In this document: positions 38,602 through 47,751 of the stretch, piece after piece
Numbering within the stretch: position 1 is the first letter of the stretch
Layout of the letters: each line of letters opens with the position of its first letter
Assembly: GCA_964370305.1 (NCBI GenBank)
Contig: CAYJIU010000001.1
Coordinates: 2,091 to 66,090, forward strand
DNA length: 64,000 nt
Source: an uncultured Desulfovibrionaceae bacterium
GTDB taxonomy: Bacteria; Desulfobacterota; Desulfovibrionia; Desulfovibrionales; Desulfovibrionaceae
Reading direction: 5' to 3'
Translations under genes and position numbers: made by a program
The notes under the pieces: generated by a model
Seen by the model: the letters and a program-made list of their open reading frames with translations, nothing else
Database searches by the model: none
What the model was told of the DNA's origin: nothing

Positions 38602-40704
38602 CTATGTGTATTCGCCTTGTTCTTCTTGCAACGCAGGGTCATCTTTGTACTTTTCTTGAATGGCAAGCATGGTGTCTAATATTTCTAAAAAGTCCTCAAC
38701 CATTTGCGGGTCAAAGGCAGTGCCTGAGTCTTTTTTGATAATTTCAAGGCTTTTTTCAAGCGGTATGGGAGCTTTATAGCAACGCGGTGCTAATAACGCG
38801 TCAAAAACATCCACAATGGAAGTAATGCGAGCTTCAAAAGGTATGTCCTCACCGGAGAGTATGGGGCCTTCGGGGGCACCGCAATAGCCTTTGCCATCCC
38901 AGCGTTGATGGTGGTGCATGGCAATGCTTGAAGCCAGCTTATCCAGAGTAGTGCTTGCATCTTTGAAGATTGCTGCACCAATGGCGCAATGCTTTTGCAT
39001 GATTTGTCGCTCTTCAAAGGTAAAAGGCCCTGGCTTTTTGAGTATTTGGTCAGAAATACCCACCTTACCCACATCATGGAGCATGGAGGCAAGGCGCAAA
39101 TGCGACTTAGTGTCAGATATTTCTAAAATATCAACTCCGCGTTTTTCTGCCCAGTGATGATACAATTCTGCAGCCATGGCGCCCACACGAAATACGTGGG
39201 GGCCTGTTTCTGTGGGGTCGCGCATACGCGTTGTTTCTAGCAAGCGCAAAAGCATTTCCCGCGTATTGATGGCTTGCTCAATACCTTGGGCACCAGCTTG
39301 ACAAAGCTTGCGTAATGTAGACTCAACAGAAATAGTAAAAGGTACTGGCGTATCATCGCGCATAGCGTTGATAACTTGCATAACACCAAGAAGTTTGCCA
39401 CGTTGTGAAAAAATGGGTAGTCCGCAAATGGATACGGTGCGATAGCCCGTGGCATCGTCAAAGGCTTGATTAAATGAGTATGGCGCATCCTTGGGAAGAT
39501 TGCGTACATCGTTGATATTTAATATTTTATGAGTATATGCAATATAGCCAGCTATGGAGTCAGGCGCAATGGGTAAACGCGCATTTAGATACTGCTGGCG
39601 GGCTGATTGCACACTGGTAAAGAGGGTATCGTTATGCGAATATGAAAAAACTAATTCATCCTCTTCAAGCAAATATATGGTGCCAGCATCGGCTTTGGAT
39701 ATATTTCTAGCCCGCAGTAGCAAACGGTCTAAAACCGTACTCATATCTGGAATATCCATGAGTTCTGATGAAAATTGGCAATCATTGCAGTCTTCTATAT
39801 CTGGAGCAACGTGCAGGCTATCACTGCTGCTAAGGTCTTCATCGCAATCTACGGTTAGGCCCTCATAGGCCATAATTAATGTATCCTTAGTGCGTGGATC
39901 CTCTTGGATAAGTTTCATGCTGATGTCGTCAATGAGGTCATCATCATAGCTTGGGTCGTAGTGAGTGGGCATAAATACCCTAACCCCAAGCTCGTGTACT
40001 ATGGGGGGCCATTGTTCAATGGATGAGTGCCCCCAGCCTTGATGCTTAGCGTAATTATCAAGTGTATATTGTGAATCTAAGATAGCTATATCAGCACCGC
40101 GCAAACCCTTAAAGAAGGAGCTTTGCCGATCAAGGCTGTCAGGGTCTGGCCCTAGTTCATGGTCACCGCTGTAAAATATGCTTTTGTTATTGCGCTCAAC
40201 CCTATAGGCGCATGCGTAAAGACCATTTACGTCTTCTCCACCATGGTTGGTAGCGTGTGCTGAAACGCGAACCCCGCCCTCAAGATTAATAACTTGCCCA
40301 TCACTTAAGGGAACAATTTTTCTTTTACTGGCTAGTTGATCCCAAGTGACTGGGAAAAATGTGGAAGAAAATAAAGAATTAATGAAGTCTACAGGTGTAA
40401 GACCGCCAATGGATTCGGGGGCGTAAATGGTTACTGACCATTGGGGGCTGTATAAGGGGATAAAAAATGGCATGCCTGAAACGTGATCCCAATGGCTGTG
40501 TGTTAAAAATATAGCACACTCTTTAATCCTAGCACCATCTTTTAGGCAGGCACCAAGTTTGCGTAAACCAGTGCCCGCATCCAATATGATATATGGTGCA
40601 GGATCTGTGTTTATAGCATAGCAAGAGGTGTTACATCCATAGCGAGCAGAAGTCACACAACTGCCAGAAGTAGAACCACGTACACCCCAAAGTTGTAATT
40701 GCAT
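38602..40704 (-). CDS. multidomain signalling protein: N-terminal MBL-fold hydrolase + GAF + HD-GYP-type phosphohydrolase
   Basis: The MBL part has LWGVRGS and THSHWDH. The GAF-like core has DAGTIYLLEEDELVF...GYRTVSICGLPI...GVMQVINA. The HD-GYP-like part has HDVGKVGI and HHHQRWDGKGYCG. Confidence 0.75.
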   Translation of the reverse strand: MQLQLWGVRGSTSGSCVTSARYGCNTSCYAINTDPAPYIILDAGTGLRKLGACLKDGARIKECAIFLTHSHWDHVSGMPFFIPLYSPQWSVTIYAPESIGGLTPVDFINSLFSSTFFPVTWDQLASKRKIVPLSDGQVINLEGGVRVSAHATNHGGEDVNGLYACAYRVERNNKSIFYSGDHELGPDPDSLDRQSSFFKGLRGADIAILDSQYTLDNYAKHQGWGHSSIEQWPPIVHELGVRVFMPTHYDPSYDDDLIDDISMKLIQEDPRTKDTLIMAYEGLTVDCDEDLSSSDSLHVAPDIEDCNDCQFSSELMDIPDMSTVLDRLLLRARNISKADAGTIYLLEEDELVFSYSHNDTLFTSVQSARQQYLNARLPIAPDSIAGYIAYTHKILNINDVRNLPKDAPYSFNQAFDDATGYRTVSICGLPIFSQRGKLLGVMQVINAMRDDTPVPFTISVESTLRKLCQAGAQGIEQAINTREMLLRLLETTRMRDPTETGPHVFRVGAMAAELYHHWAEKRGVDILEISDTKSHLRLASMLHDVGKVGISDQILKKPGPFTFEERQIMQKHCAIGAAIFKDASTTLDKLASSIAMHHHQRWDGKGYCGAPEGPILSGEDIPFEARITSIVDVFDALLAPRCYKAPIPLEKSLEIIKKDSGTAFDPQMVEDFLEILDTMLAIQEKYKDDPALQEEQGEYT

Positions 40705-41095
40705 TTCAAGCCTCAGCTTATATAATGTTCAGTCAAAAGTATTCTAAGCCAGTAAATTACCGTATTCAATATGGAAATATTTTAGTAATCGCGGAACAAA
40801 ATTTGCAAAATATACTAGCAAGGGTATTGTAAGCAGGCGTGTTTGAATTGTCAATATGAAAAACGGAATACTTGAACAAAATTACGTGTGGGCAAGATGT
40901 TACTTGGGCAATTGTATGCGTTTTAAGTGAAAAGTTTTTTATAACAGTATGTTATATTGTAATTGTTTTTATGTTGCATGCACGTTATAGTTATGAAACA
41001 GCACGGAATGTTGTTTAATGTTTTATATCAGAAATATCTGGTAAAGCATGGCAATTTTCAATGGTGCATATTTAATTTTCATGGTGAGTATAGTA

Positions 41096-42529
41096 ATGAA
41101 AAAAACATTTACAGCGGTAATGCCAGATAAGGTCGGGGTATTTTTATTAGCAGAAGAGGTATTTGCATCATTAAATTTAAATATTACACGCATTAGCTAC
41201 AATAAAGCTGTGGATTCTCGTATGCTTTTTATTGAGGTTGAGGGTGAAGAACAATCTATAATATCGGCCACAGAACAATTGCACGCCTTAGGTTACCTCT
41301 CAGAAAACAAAAAATCTGGCAATGTTATTTTATTTGAATTTCGCCTGGAAAATAGAAGTGGCTCTCTTATGCCTGTACTTGAGCTTATTAACCAATATAG
41401 CTTTAATATTTCTTATATGAGCTCTCAAGAAAGTGATACAGATTATCAATTTTTAAGAATGGGATTGTTTATAGAAAATGATGACGATATTTCCTCATTC
41501 ATCAAAAGCGTAGTTAAAATTTGTGATGTTAAAATAATTAATTATAATCAAACAGGATTAAGTTTAGATAATACTGTTTTTTATATGACTTTTGCTAATA
41601 AAATTGCTGAGCAAAATAATTTGAATGACGTTGCAAAGCAAAATTTATTGGTTGATACTAATATCATAATGGAAACACTGGCAAAAAAAGACTGCCAACC
41701 CCATGCTGTCTTTGAATCCATAGGTAAATTTGCTGAAAATCTAATTAAGTTTAAGGGGGATAAATTTAATGCCAGAGTTAGTGCACATGATTTAAATAGT
41801 GGTATAAAAATTAGGCTTATTGAGCCACCATGTGGTAGTAACACTTGTATAATTGAAACTAAATCCGAAATTATAGCCATAGATGGTGGATTTACTTGCT
41901 ACCAAAGAGAAACATTAAATATCATAAAAGATATGTTCCCAAATTTTGATGACATGCACCAGCACTTGCTTTTAACTCATGCAGATATTGATCATGTGGG
42001 ACTTACGGGAGTTTTTAATAATATTTACGTGAGTCAAAAAAGTTATGATAATTTTATTTGTGAGCTGCAAGGCAGATCAAATATTCGTGAAAAAAGTGCC
42101 CACCATGCTCCATATGTACGTATAAGCAAAATTTTATCACATTATAAAACCCCACCTATGGAAAAGCTCTGCATAATTGGGGGTAGTAGTCAAACAATCA
42201 ATACTGATTTAACGGAAAAAATCGGTATTTTACAATTTGATGGTTTGTGCCTGGAAGTTTATGAAGTCATTGGCGGGCATTTGCCAGGCGAAATTGTATT
42301 TATTGAGCGTGAGCATCGTTTATGTTTTAGTGGTGATATTATCGTTAATATTAAGGGTTTTACCGATGACCAAGCAGAGTTTAATAGGCTTGCACCGCAT
42401 TTAGTAACCTCTGTGGATAGTGATCAACAGCTGGCCGCTGAAGAAAGAAAAGCTGTGCTAAGCTTGCTTGACGCAGGGCAATGGTTGATTATAGGTGGGC
42501 ATGGCTTAGCTATGGAGGTTAGCGTTTAA
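41096..42529 (+). CDS. ACT-ACT-MBL-fold protein (putative ligand-regulated metallo-hydrolase)
   Basis: It has two ~70-aa ACT-like modules and then an MBL fold with THADIDH, GGH, SGD and GGHG. The start is set at MKKTFT (ATG 41096). Confidence 0.6.
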   Translation: MKKTFTAVMPDKVGVFLLAEEVFASLNLNITRISYNKAVDSRMLFIEVEGEEQSIISATEQLHALGYLSENKKSGNVILFEFRLENRSGSLMPVLELINQYSFNISYMSSQESDTDYQFLRMGLFIENDDDISSFIKSVVKICDVKIINYNQTGLSLDNTVFYMTFANKIAEQNNLNDVAKQNLLVDTNIIMETLAKKDCQPHAVFESIGKFAENLIKFKGDKFNARVSAHDLNSGIKIRLIEPPCGSNTCIIETKSEIIAIDGGFTCYQRETLNIIKDMFPNFDDMHQHLLLTHADIDHVGLTGVFNNIYVSQKSYDNFICELQGRSNIREKSAHHAPYVRISKILSHYKTPPMEKLCIIGGSSQTINTDLTEKIGILQFDGLCLEVYEVIGGHLPGEIVFIEREHRLCFSGDIIVNIKGFTDDQAEFNRLAPHLVTSVDSDQQLAAEERKAVLSLLDAGQWLIIGGHGLAMEVSV

Positions 42530-42543
42530 GACTACATTATCCG

Positions 42544-42575
42544 ACTTTCTAATTTGCAATAGAAAGTATTTTTTA
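42544..42575 (+). terminator. intrinsic terminator after ACT-MBL gene
   Basis: The hairpin actttcta-atttgcaa-tagaaagt is followed by ATTTTTT. Confidence 0.65.
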
Positions 42576-42627
42576 ATATACTATGCGATTATTTTGCTTT
42601 AACTGGTTGTCATGTTTTTAGTATAAC

Positions 42628-45015
42628 TTATCCTAGATATTTGCGTAATTTTGCAAATACCTCATTGAAGTCCAAGGGTTTGCCTAGGTGCCCATTCATG
42701 CCCACATTTTTGCACTTTTCCACATCTTCTTTGAAGGCATTGGCGGTCATAGCAATAATAGGAATGTTTTTTGCTTTTTCTGAATCCATATTGCGGATGT
42801 GCATGGTTGCTGTATAGCCATCCATTTCCGGCATGCTAATATCCATAAAAATTAAATCATAAATATCGGGATTTTTTTGCATTATCTTAACAGCTTGTAA
42901 GCCATTTTCAGCAATGTGTACGCTTACATTAGTACTTTCAAGTAAAGCTATTACAATTTCACGATTGATTTCAATATCTTCTACTAATAAAATTGTTTTA
43001 GCTGAAAAATCTGATGCTGTATGCTCCGCTGGATGCTGTATTTCCACATGTTTGGATATGTCGTCTGAATCTGGAAGGGTGCATTGAATATTAAAGGTAA
43101 TAGTGGTTCCCTTGCCTTGCTCAGATTCAAGTATGATGTCCCCATTGAGTAGCTTTATAATTTGTTTGCAAATGGCTAAACCAAGGCCCGTGCCTCCAAA
43201 CTTCTTAGATATTTGTGAATCTGCCTGTTGGAAGGGTTTGAATAATAGTTCTTTTTGCTCTTCATTTACCCCAATTCCAGTATCGCGCACAGTAAATTCT
43301 AAATTGCAATGCTTTCCATCATTTTCTACAACGCGTACTCCAAAGAAGATATGCCCATTGGGTGGGGTGAATTTTTCGGCATTGGATAATACATTTGTTA
43401 GGACTTGAGCTAAGCGTTGTTCGTCAGAGATTATGTATTTTGGTATGTTGTGATCAATGCTAGCATCAAAAAGTTGTCCTTTTTCGCGCATTTTAAATAC
43501 AATTACACTTTCAATTCGATTTAATAATTGCATGAAATTAAAGCAGTCTAAATGTATATCAATTTTTCCAGCTTCGATTTTAGACATGTCTAGCACATCA
43601 TTAATAACGCCAAGTAAGTGTACAGATGCCGTTTCAATTTTTACGATGCAATTTCTTATCTTGTCTATATCATTAGTATCTTGAGATATTTTTGCCATGC
43701 CAATTATAGCATTCATGGGGGTGCGCATTTCATGGCTCATATTGGCTAAAAAATTTGATTTAGATTCATTGGCGGCGTTGGCTTGCTCCATAGCTTGCGC
43801 CATTTCTTTATTATATGCATCTAGTTTATCACGCAATTCTCCAATGGTTCGAGATAGCTTGCCAAATTCGTCTTGTCGTTCTTGGCCATAAATAAGCCCG
43901 CTACCCTGCAAGTTTGTTTGCTCAAGGCTTTGCATCATTAGGTTTAGAGGAGTAAAAATTAGTTTTTTAGTTATAAGTTTTAGGCTAATTATATATATAA
44001 CAAGTATAATAACTATACTCCAAAGTAATACCTGAAAGTTTTTAAAATTAAATAATGAATCAGCATTGAAAAACGTTATAACAGACCAATCAGTCATCGC
44101 GATGGGGGTAATAGATGCAAAGCTATACTCAGCATTGCCCATTAATTCTATCACCACTGGTTTGTCGTTTAAGTCAAAATATCTATTAATACTATCTAGA
44201 TAGTTATTTAAGCGTTGGGTAAAAATAGGCCAAGGGAATACTTCTTGAACTTTTAGTGTGCTATCATCAAAAAACTTTGTTTTTTCGTATACGCTATCGG
44301 TTTGAATAAGGCCTTTGCTGTCAACAACCACACCTCTGATGTTTGCTTGTTCATAGTCGTCAAAAGCGCGTTTTAGTATTTTATCAAATGGAAATCCGGT
44401 CGAAATGACACCAAGTACTTTATTATCTTTAGATAAAACCTTATGATTAACCCAAACCATCTCACGTTTTTTTATTTTATCAATATCTACGTTTAAAACG
44501 TAATTGTGAGGTGAACTGGCACTTTCAAAAAACCAACCGTCATCAACTCCATCTTTGTTAAGAGTGGCGCTGTGTTTGAAATCTTCGCGAGGGGTATCAA
44601 TTTCAAAGCTAAATTCATGGCCAGATTTTGCTATGCCAAAGTATAACAATTTACTATCAAGCACTTCTAAGAAATCTTTCATTTTTGCATAGGCCAAGTC
44701 TTTTTTTATGGGGTCTTGCTCGTCGTTAAACCAGTCTATGATGAGTTTGGAGTTGGCAATGCTGGATATAAGCGTAATCTCTCTATGTAGGTATGCGTTG
44801 ATACTTCCAGTTGTTTTTATGGAGTATAGCTCCGCATAATCCCTTGAAATATCAATGGTGGTAGTACGAATTATACCAATGGCCAACCATAAAAGTATGA
44901 CGCAAAAAATTGTGAAAATGAGCAAGTTCAACGAGCCAAATACAAATTCAATCCTTTGTTTGCTGTCGTTTGTTCTCAAAAAGGAACGGCTAGTTTTTGA
45001 CATGTTTTTACTCAT
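42628..45015 (-). CDS. hybrid sensor histidine kinase/response regulator with extracytoplasmic Cache-like domain
   Basis: Two TM segments flank a ~290-aa periplasmic domain. It also has the H-box [14 protein letters not shown], an HATPase ([15 protein letters not shown]) and a REC domain ([14 protein letters not shown]). Confidence 0.85.
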   Translation of the reverse strand: MSKNMSKTSRSFLRTNDSKQRIEFVFGSLNLLIFTIFCVILLWLAIGIIRTTTIDISRDYAELYSIKTTGSINAYLHREITLISSIANSKLIIDWFNDEQDPIKKDLAYAKMKDFLEVLDSKLLYFGIAKSGHEFSFEIDTPREDFKHSATLNKDGVDDGWFFESASSPHNYVLNVDIDKIKKREMVWVNHKVLSKDNKVLGVISTGFPFDKILKRAFDDYEQANIRGVVVDSKGLIQTDSVYEKTKFFDDSTLKVQEVFPWPIFTQRLNNYLDSINRYFDLNDKPVVIELMGNAEYSFASITPIAMTDWSVITFFNADSLFNFKNFQVLLWSIVIILVIYIISLKLITKKLIFTPLNLMMQSLEQTNLQGSGLIYGQERQDEFGKLSRTIGELRDKLDAYNKEMAQAMEQANAANESKSNFLANMSHEMRTPMNAIIGMAKISQDTNDIDKIRNCIVKIETASVHLLGVINDVLDMSKIEAGKIDIHLDCFNFMQLLNRIESVIVFKMREKGQLFDASIDHNIPKYIISDEQRLAQVLTNVLSNAEKFTPPNGHIFFGVRVVENDGKHCNLEFTVRDTGIGVNEEQKELLFKPFQQADSQISKKFGGTGLGLAICKQIIKLLNGDIILESEQGKGTTITFNIQCTLPDSDDISKHVEIQHPAEHTASDFSAKTILLVEDIEINREIVIALLESTNVSVHIAENGLQAVKIMQKNPDIYDLIFMDISMPEMDGYTATMHIRNMDSEKAKNIPIIAMTANAFKEDVEKCKNVGMNGHLGKPLDFNEVFAKLRKYLG

Positions 45016-45457
45016 TATCCATCTCGTTATAAAATATTAATAATTTTTCTCGCTCATATGAATGTTATAATATCATATTTGTAATATTTTGTAAAGATAA
45101 CTAACATGATATAGTAGATGGCTCTACGACACTTTACCGATAAATCAAGAGCTAGGCGCAATTTACTTGCGCCGTTGAGCAATTGATTTTCGTGCCTTTC
45201 CGCTTGGCAGCTTCGCTGGCAATAGCGGCGCAAAACCCACGAAGTGGGGTTTGTCATCAAACTGAAGCCCCCTGCACAATGAATTGTATGGAGTCTTTAG
45301 GATATAATTATCTGCTAATTACGATTTAGGGCAGGAAAAAATAGAAGAAAGGTTGATGCAAAAGATGCAAGAAATTGTAATCTAATACTTTACTTATAGA
45401 TTGCCTTATGTTACATACTTTAAAGTATATGCGAACAAAACTTATAAAAAGGTAATT

Positions 45458-47746
45458 ATGAATTTTAAAAGCATTTCAGCCCGCATAATCTTTTCAGTCT
45501 TGCCCATGGCGGTGCTATCAACATTAATATATATGCTAATGGTTTACTATATTGTAAGTCAGCAGACAAGTGCGCAGTTTGATGCTCGTATGTTGGAAAA
45601 TTTAAATGCCGCGCATTTACAAATTTTCTCGGAATTGCGTGAAAATACTAACGTCGCTAGCAGTTTAGCAATATATGCTAGTACGACTAGTAGGGATTTT
45701 AAGCTTGAGCAGTTACAAGCTATATTAACGCAGGAAATTGCTCATAATGCAAATACAGTGGGTGGTGGTATTTGGTTTGAACCTCATGTTATTTATGAGC
45801 ATAAAAAAATCTTTGGCCCTTATGTATATAAAGATAATGATAAACTATTTTGGGTGCCTGACTATGCAGACAAGGTAAATTATCACGAAGAAGAATGGTA
45901 CAAACTAGGTGCAGCATCTAAGGGGGCAGTGGTTTGGTCTGATGTATATTATGATCCAGTAGCTAAGGTGACTATGGTTACGGCCTCAGTCCCTTTTTTT
46001 GATGAGCAAGGGGAGCTTATGGGAGTGACCACTGCTGATATGTCCTTAAATACCATTAGGGAGATAACATCATCCATTGCTATTGGTAATACGGGCATGG
46101 CCTTCTTGGTGGGAAAGAAGGGGAAGTTTATTTCTTTTTTTGATGAAAGTAGAGGCATTAATCACAATATTAGCACCGATGATAATCTAGAATTATTAAA
46201 ACTAGGTAAAGCCATCCTTAACGAAGATGATGGCTTAACCTCCATGCAATGGAATAACAAACAATACCGTGTTTTTTTTAGCAGTATTGCAGATGTTGAC
46301 TGGAAGCTTGTAGTCATGATTGACACTGATGAAGTGGGGCAAGTGGCAACGGGTTTAATCTTTCCCATGCTTGTACTGTTTGTTTTAGGACTTTTTCTTA
46401 TTTCTTATGCCATTATTTCCACCGCCAGACATTTTACTAGAGCAACAAAAAAAGTTAATCATTTTGCGGATAAAGCTGCATCAGGTGATTTGAGTGAGCG
46501 TATTGTCATTACGGGGATGGATGAATTTTCCATCATGGAAGATAGGCTAAATGTAATGATGGACAACCTTGCAAAAATGACTGAACAATCAGAAAATATG
46601 TTGCAAACAGCTCAAAAAGCCAATGCAGCCAAAAGCCAATTTCTATCCAATATGAGCCATGAAATGCGCACCCCCATGAACGCTATCATGGGTATGGTTC
46701 AACTGGCAGAACAAACAAATGATATTAATAAATTACAGGGGTATATAAGTACAATTGGCTATTCCTCACAAAACCTTTTATCGCTCATTAATAATATACT
46801 TGATATGGTTATGGTGGAATCTGATAGCCTTAGTGTAAGGGTTTCGCGGGTTTCACTTAATGAGGTGAGTGATAAAATTTATAAAATGTTTTTAGCCGAA
46901 GCGCAGGAGAAAAATATTAATTTTTCCATCATCATTGATGAAAATATTCCAACTGTTTTTTATACAGATGAACTGCGTTATATGCAAATTATAACAAATC
47001 TTGTGAGCAATGCCGTAAAATTTACTCCGCAAGGTAAAATTCATGTGGCTTGGTCGCTTGTGGATAAAACTGGCACATCTATTGTGATTGAAGCAAGAGT
47101 CAGTGATTCTGGTATTGGTATTCCTGCTGAAGCAATTGACGGTTTATTCCTTGCTTTTACTCAAGTGGACAGCAGTAGCTCGCGTAAATATGGTGGAAGT
47201 GGGCTTGGTCTTGCGCTTTGCAAAGAGCTTGTGGAGCTGCTTGGTGGAAAGATTTGGTACGAGCAAGGGGCAGATGGAGGTAGCATCTTTGTCTTTACGG
47301 TTAAAGCCGAAATCCAAGAAGAACAAGAACAAAAATGCCTTGATGCTAATACTTGTTATGATTTTAAGGATAAAACCGTGCTAATAGTTGATGATGTTTT
47401 AATTAATCGTGAAATTATTATCGCCATGTTAGAAGAAACTGGTATAGGCATTGAGCAAGCAGAAAATGGCATGATTGCTTGTGAACTGTTTGCTAAAAAC
47501 CCTGAAAAATATGATATAATTTTTATGGATATTCAAATGCCAGAAATGGACGGCCTCAGTGCTACAAGGCAGATTAGGAGCATGGAAGAAGGTGCCCATG
47601 TACCCATTATTGCCATAAGTGCCAATGCCTTTGAAGACGATATTAAAGCCAGTGCCACTGCCGGTATAAATTTACATTTAGCTAAACCGGTGAATCAACA
47701 AGACATGCTAAAAGCCATGGATCGCATTTTTAAAAATACCTGTTAA
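45458..47746 (+). CDS. hybrid sensor histidine kinase/response regulator with dCache-like domain and HAMP
   Basis: The start is taken at MNFKSIS. It has a periplasmic Cache-like domain, HAMP, the H-box [14 protein letters not shown], an HATPase (DSGIGI, GGSGLGLAL) and a REC domain (DIIFMDIQMPEMDG). Confidence 0.85.
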   Translation: MNFKSISARIIFSVLPMAVLSTLIYMLMVYYIVSQQTSAQFDARMLENLNAAHLQIFSELRENTNVASSLAIYASTTSRDFKLEQLQAILTQEIAHNANTVGGGIWFEPHVIYEHKKIFGPYVYKDNDKLFWVPDYADKVNYHEEEWYKLGAASKGAVVWSDVYYDPVAKVTMVTASVPFFDEQGELMGVTTADMSLNTIREITSSIAIGNTGMAFLVGKKGKFISFFDESRGINHNISTDDNLELLKLGKAILNEDDGLTSMQWNNKQYRVFFSSIADVDWKLVVMIDTDEVGQVATGLIFPMLVLFVLGLFLISYAIISTARHFTRATKKVNHFADKAASGDLSERIVITGMDEFSIMEDRLNVMMDNLAKMTEQSENMLQTAQKANAAKSQFLSNMSHEMRTPMNAIMGMVQLAEQTNDINKLQGYISTIGYSSQNLLSLINNILDMVMVESDSLSVRVSRVSLNEVSDKIYKMFLAEAQEKNINFSIIIDENIPTVFYTDELRYMQIITNLVSNAVKFTPQGKIHVAWSLVDKTGTSIVIEARVSDSGIGIPAEAIDGLFLAFTQVDSSSSRKYGGSGLGLALCKELVELLGGKIWYEQGADGGSIFVFTVKAEIQEEQEQKCLDANTCYDFKDKTVLIVDDVLINREIIIAMLEETGIGIEQAENGMIACELFAKNPEKYDIIFMDIQMPEMDGLSATRQIRSMEEGAHVPIIAISANAFEDDIKASATAGINLHLAKPVNQQDMLKAMDRIFKNTC

Positions 47747-47751
47747 ATTCG

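Noticed and set aside
40856-40930. A 24-codon ORF (MKNGILEQNYVWARCYLGNCMRFK) in the MBL/MBL divergent spacer.
   Set aside because: It has no Shine-Dalgarno, and its length is within chance expectation. It would be worth revisiting only if Ribo-seq shows translation.
45054-45260. A 68-aa minus-strand ORF in the inter-kinase spacer.
   Set aside because: It has no RBS and a low-complexity, odd composition. It overlaps the hairpin-rich repeat-like region, so it is more likely non-coding.
45190-45270. Superficial resemblance of the minus strand (GGGGGCUUCAG..., GAAGCUGCCAAGCGGAAAGGCA) to SRP/4.5S RNA.
   Set aside because: It has no complementary 3' end to close helix 5 and no GGAA-tetraloop domain IV consensus. 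I consider the resemblance coincidental.
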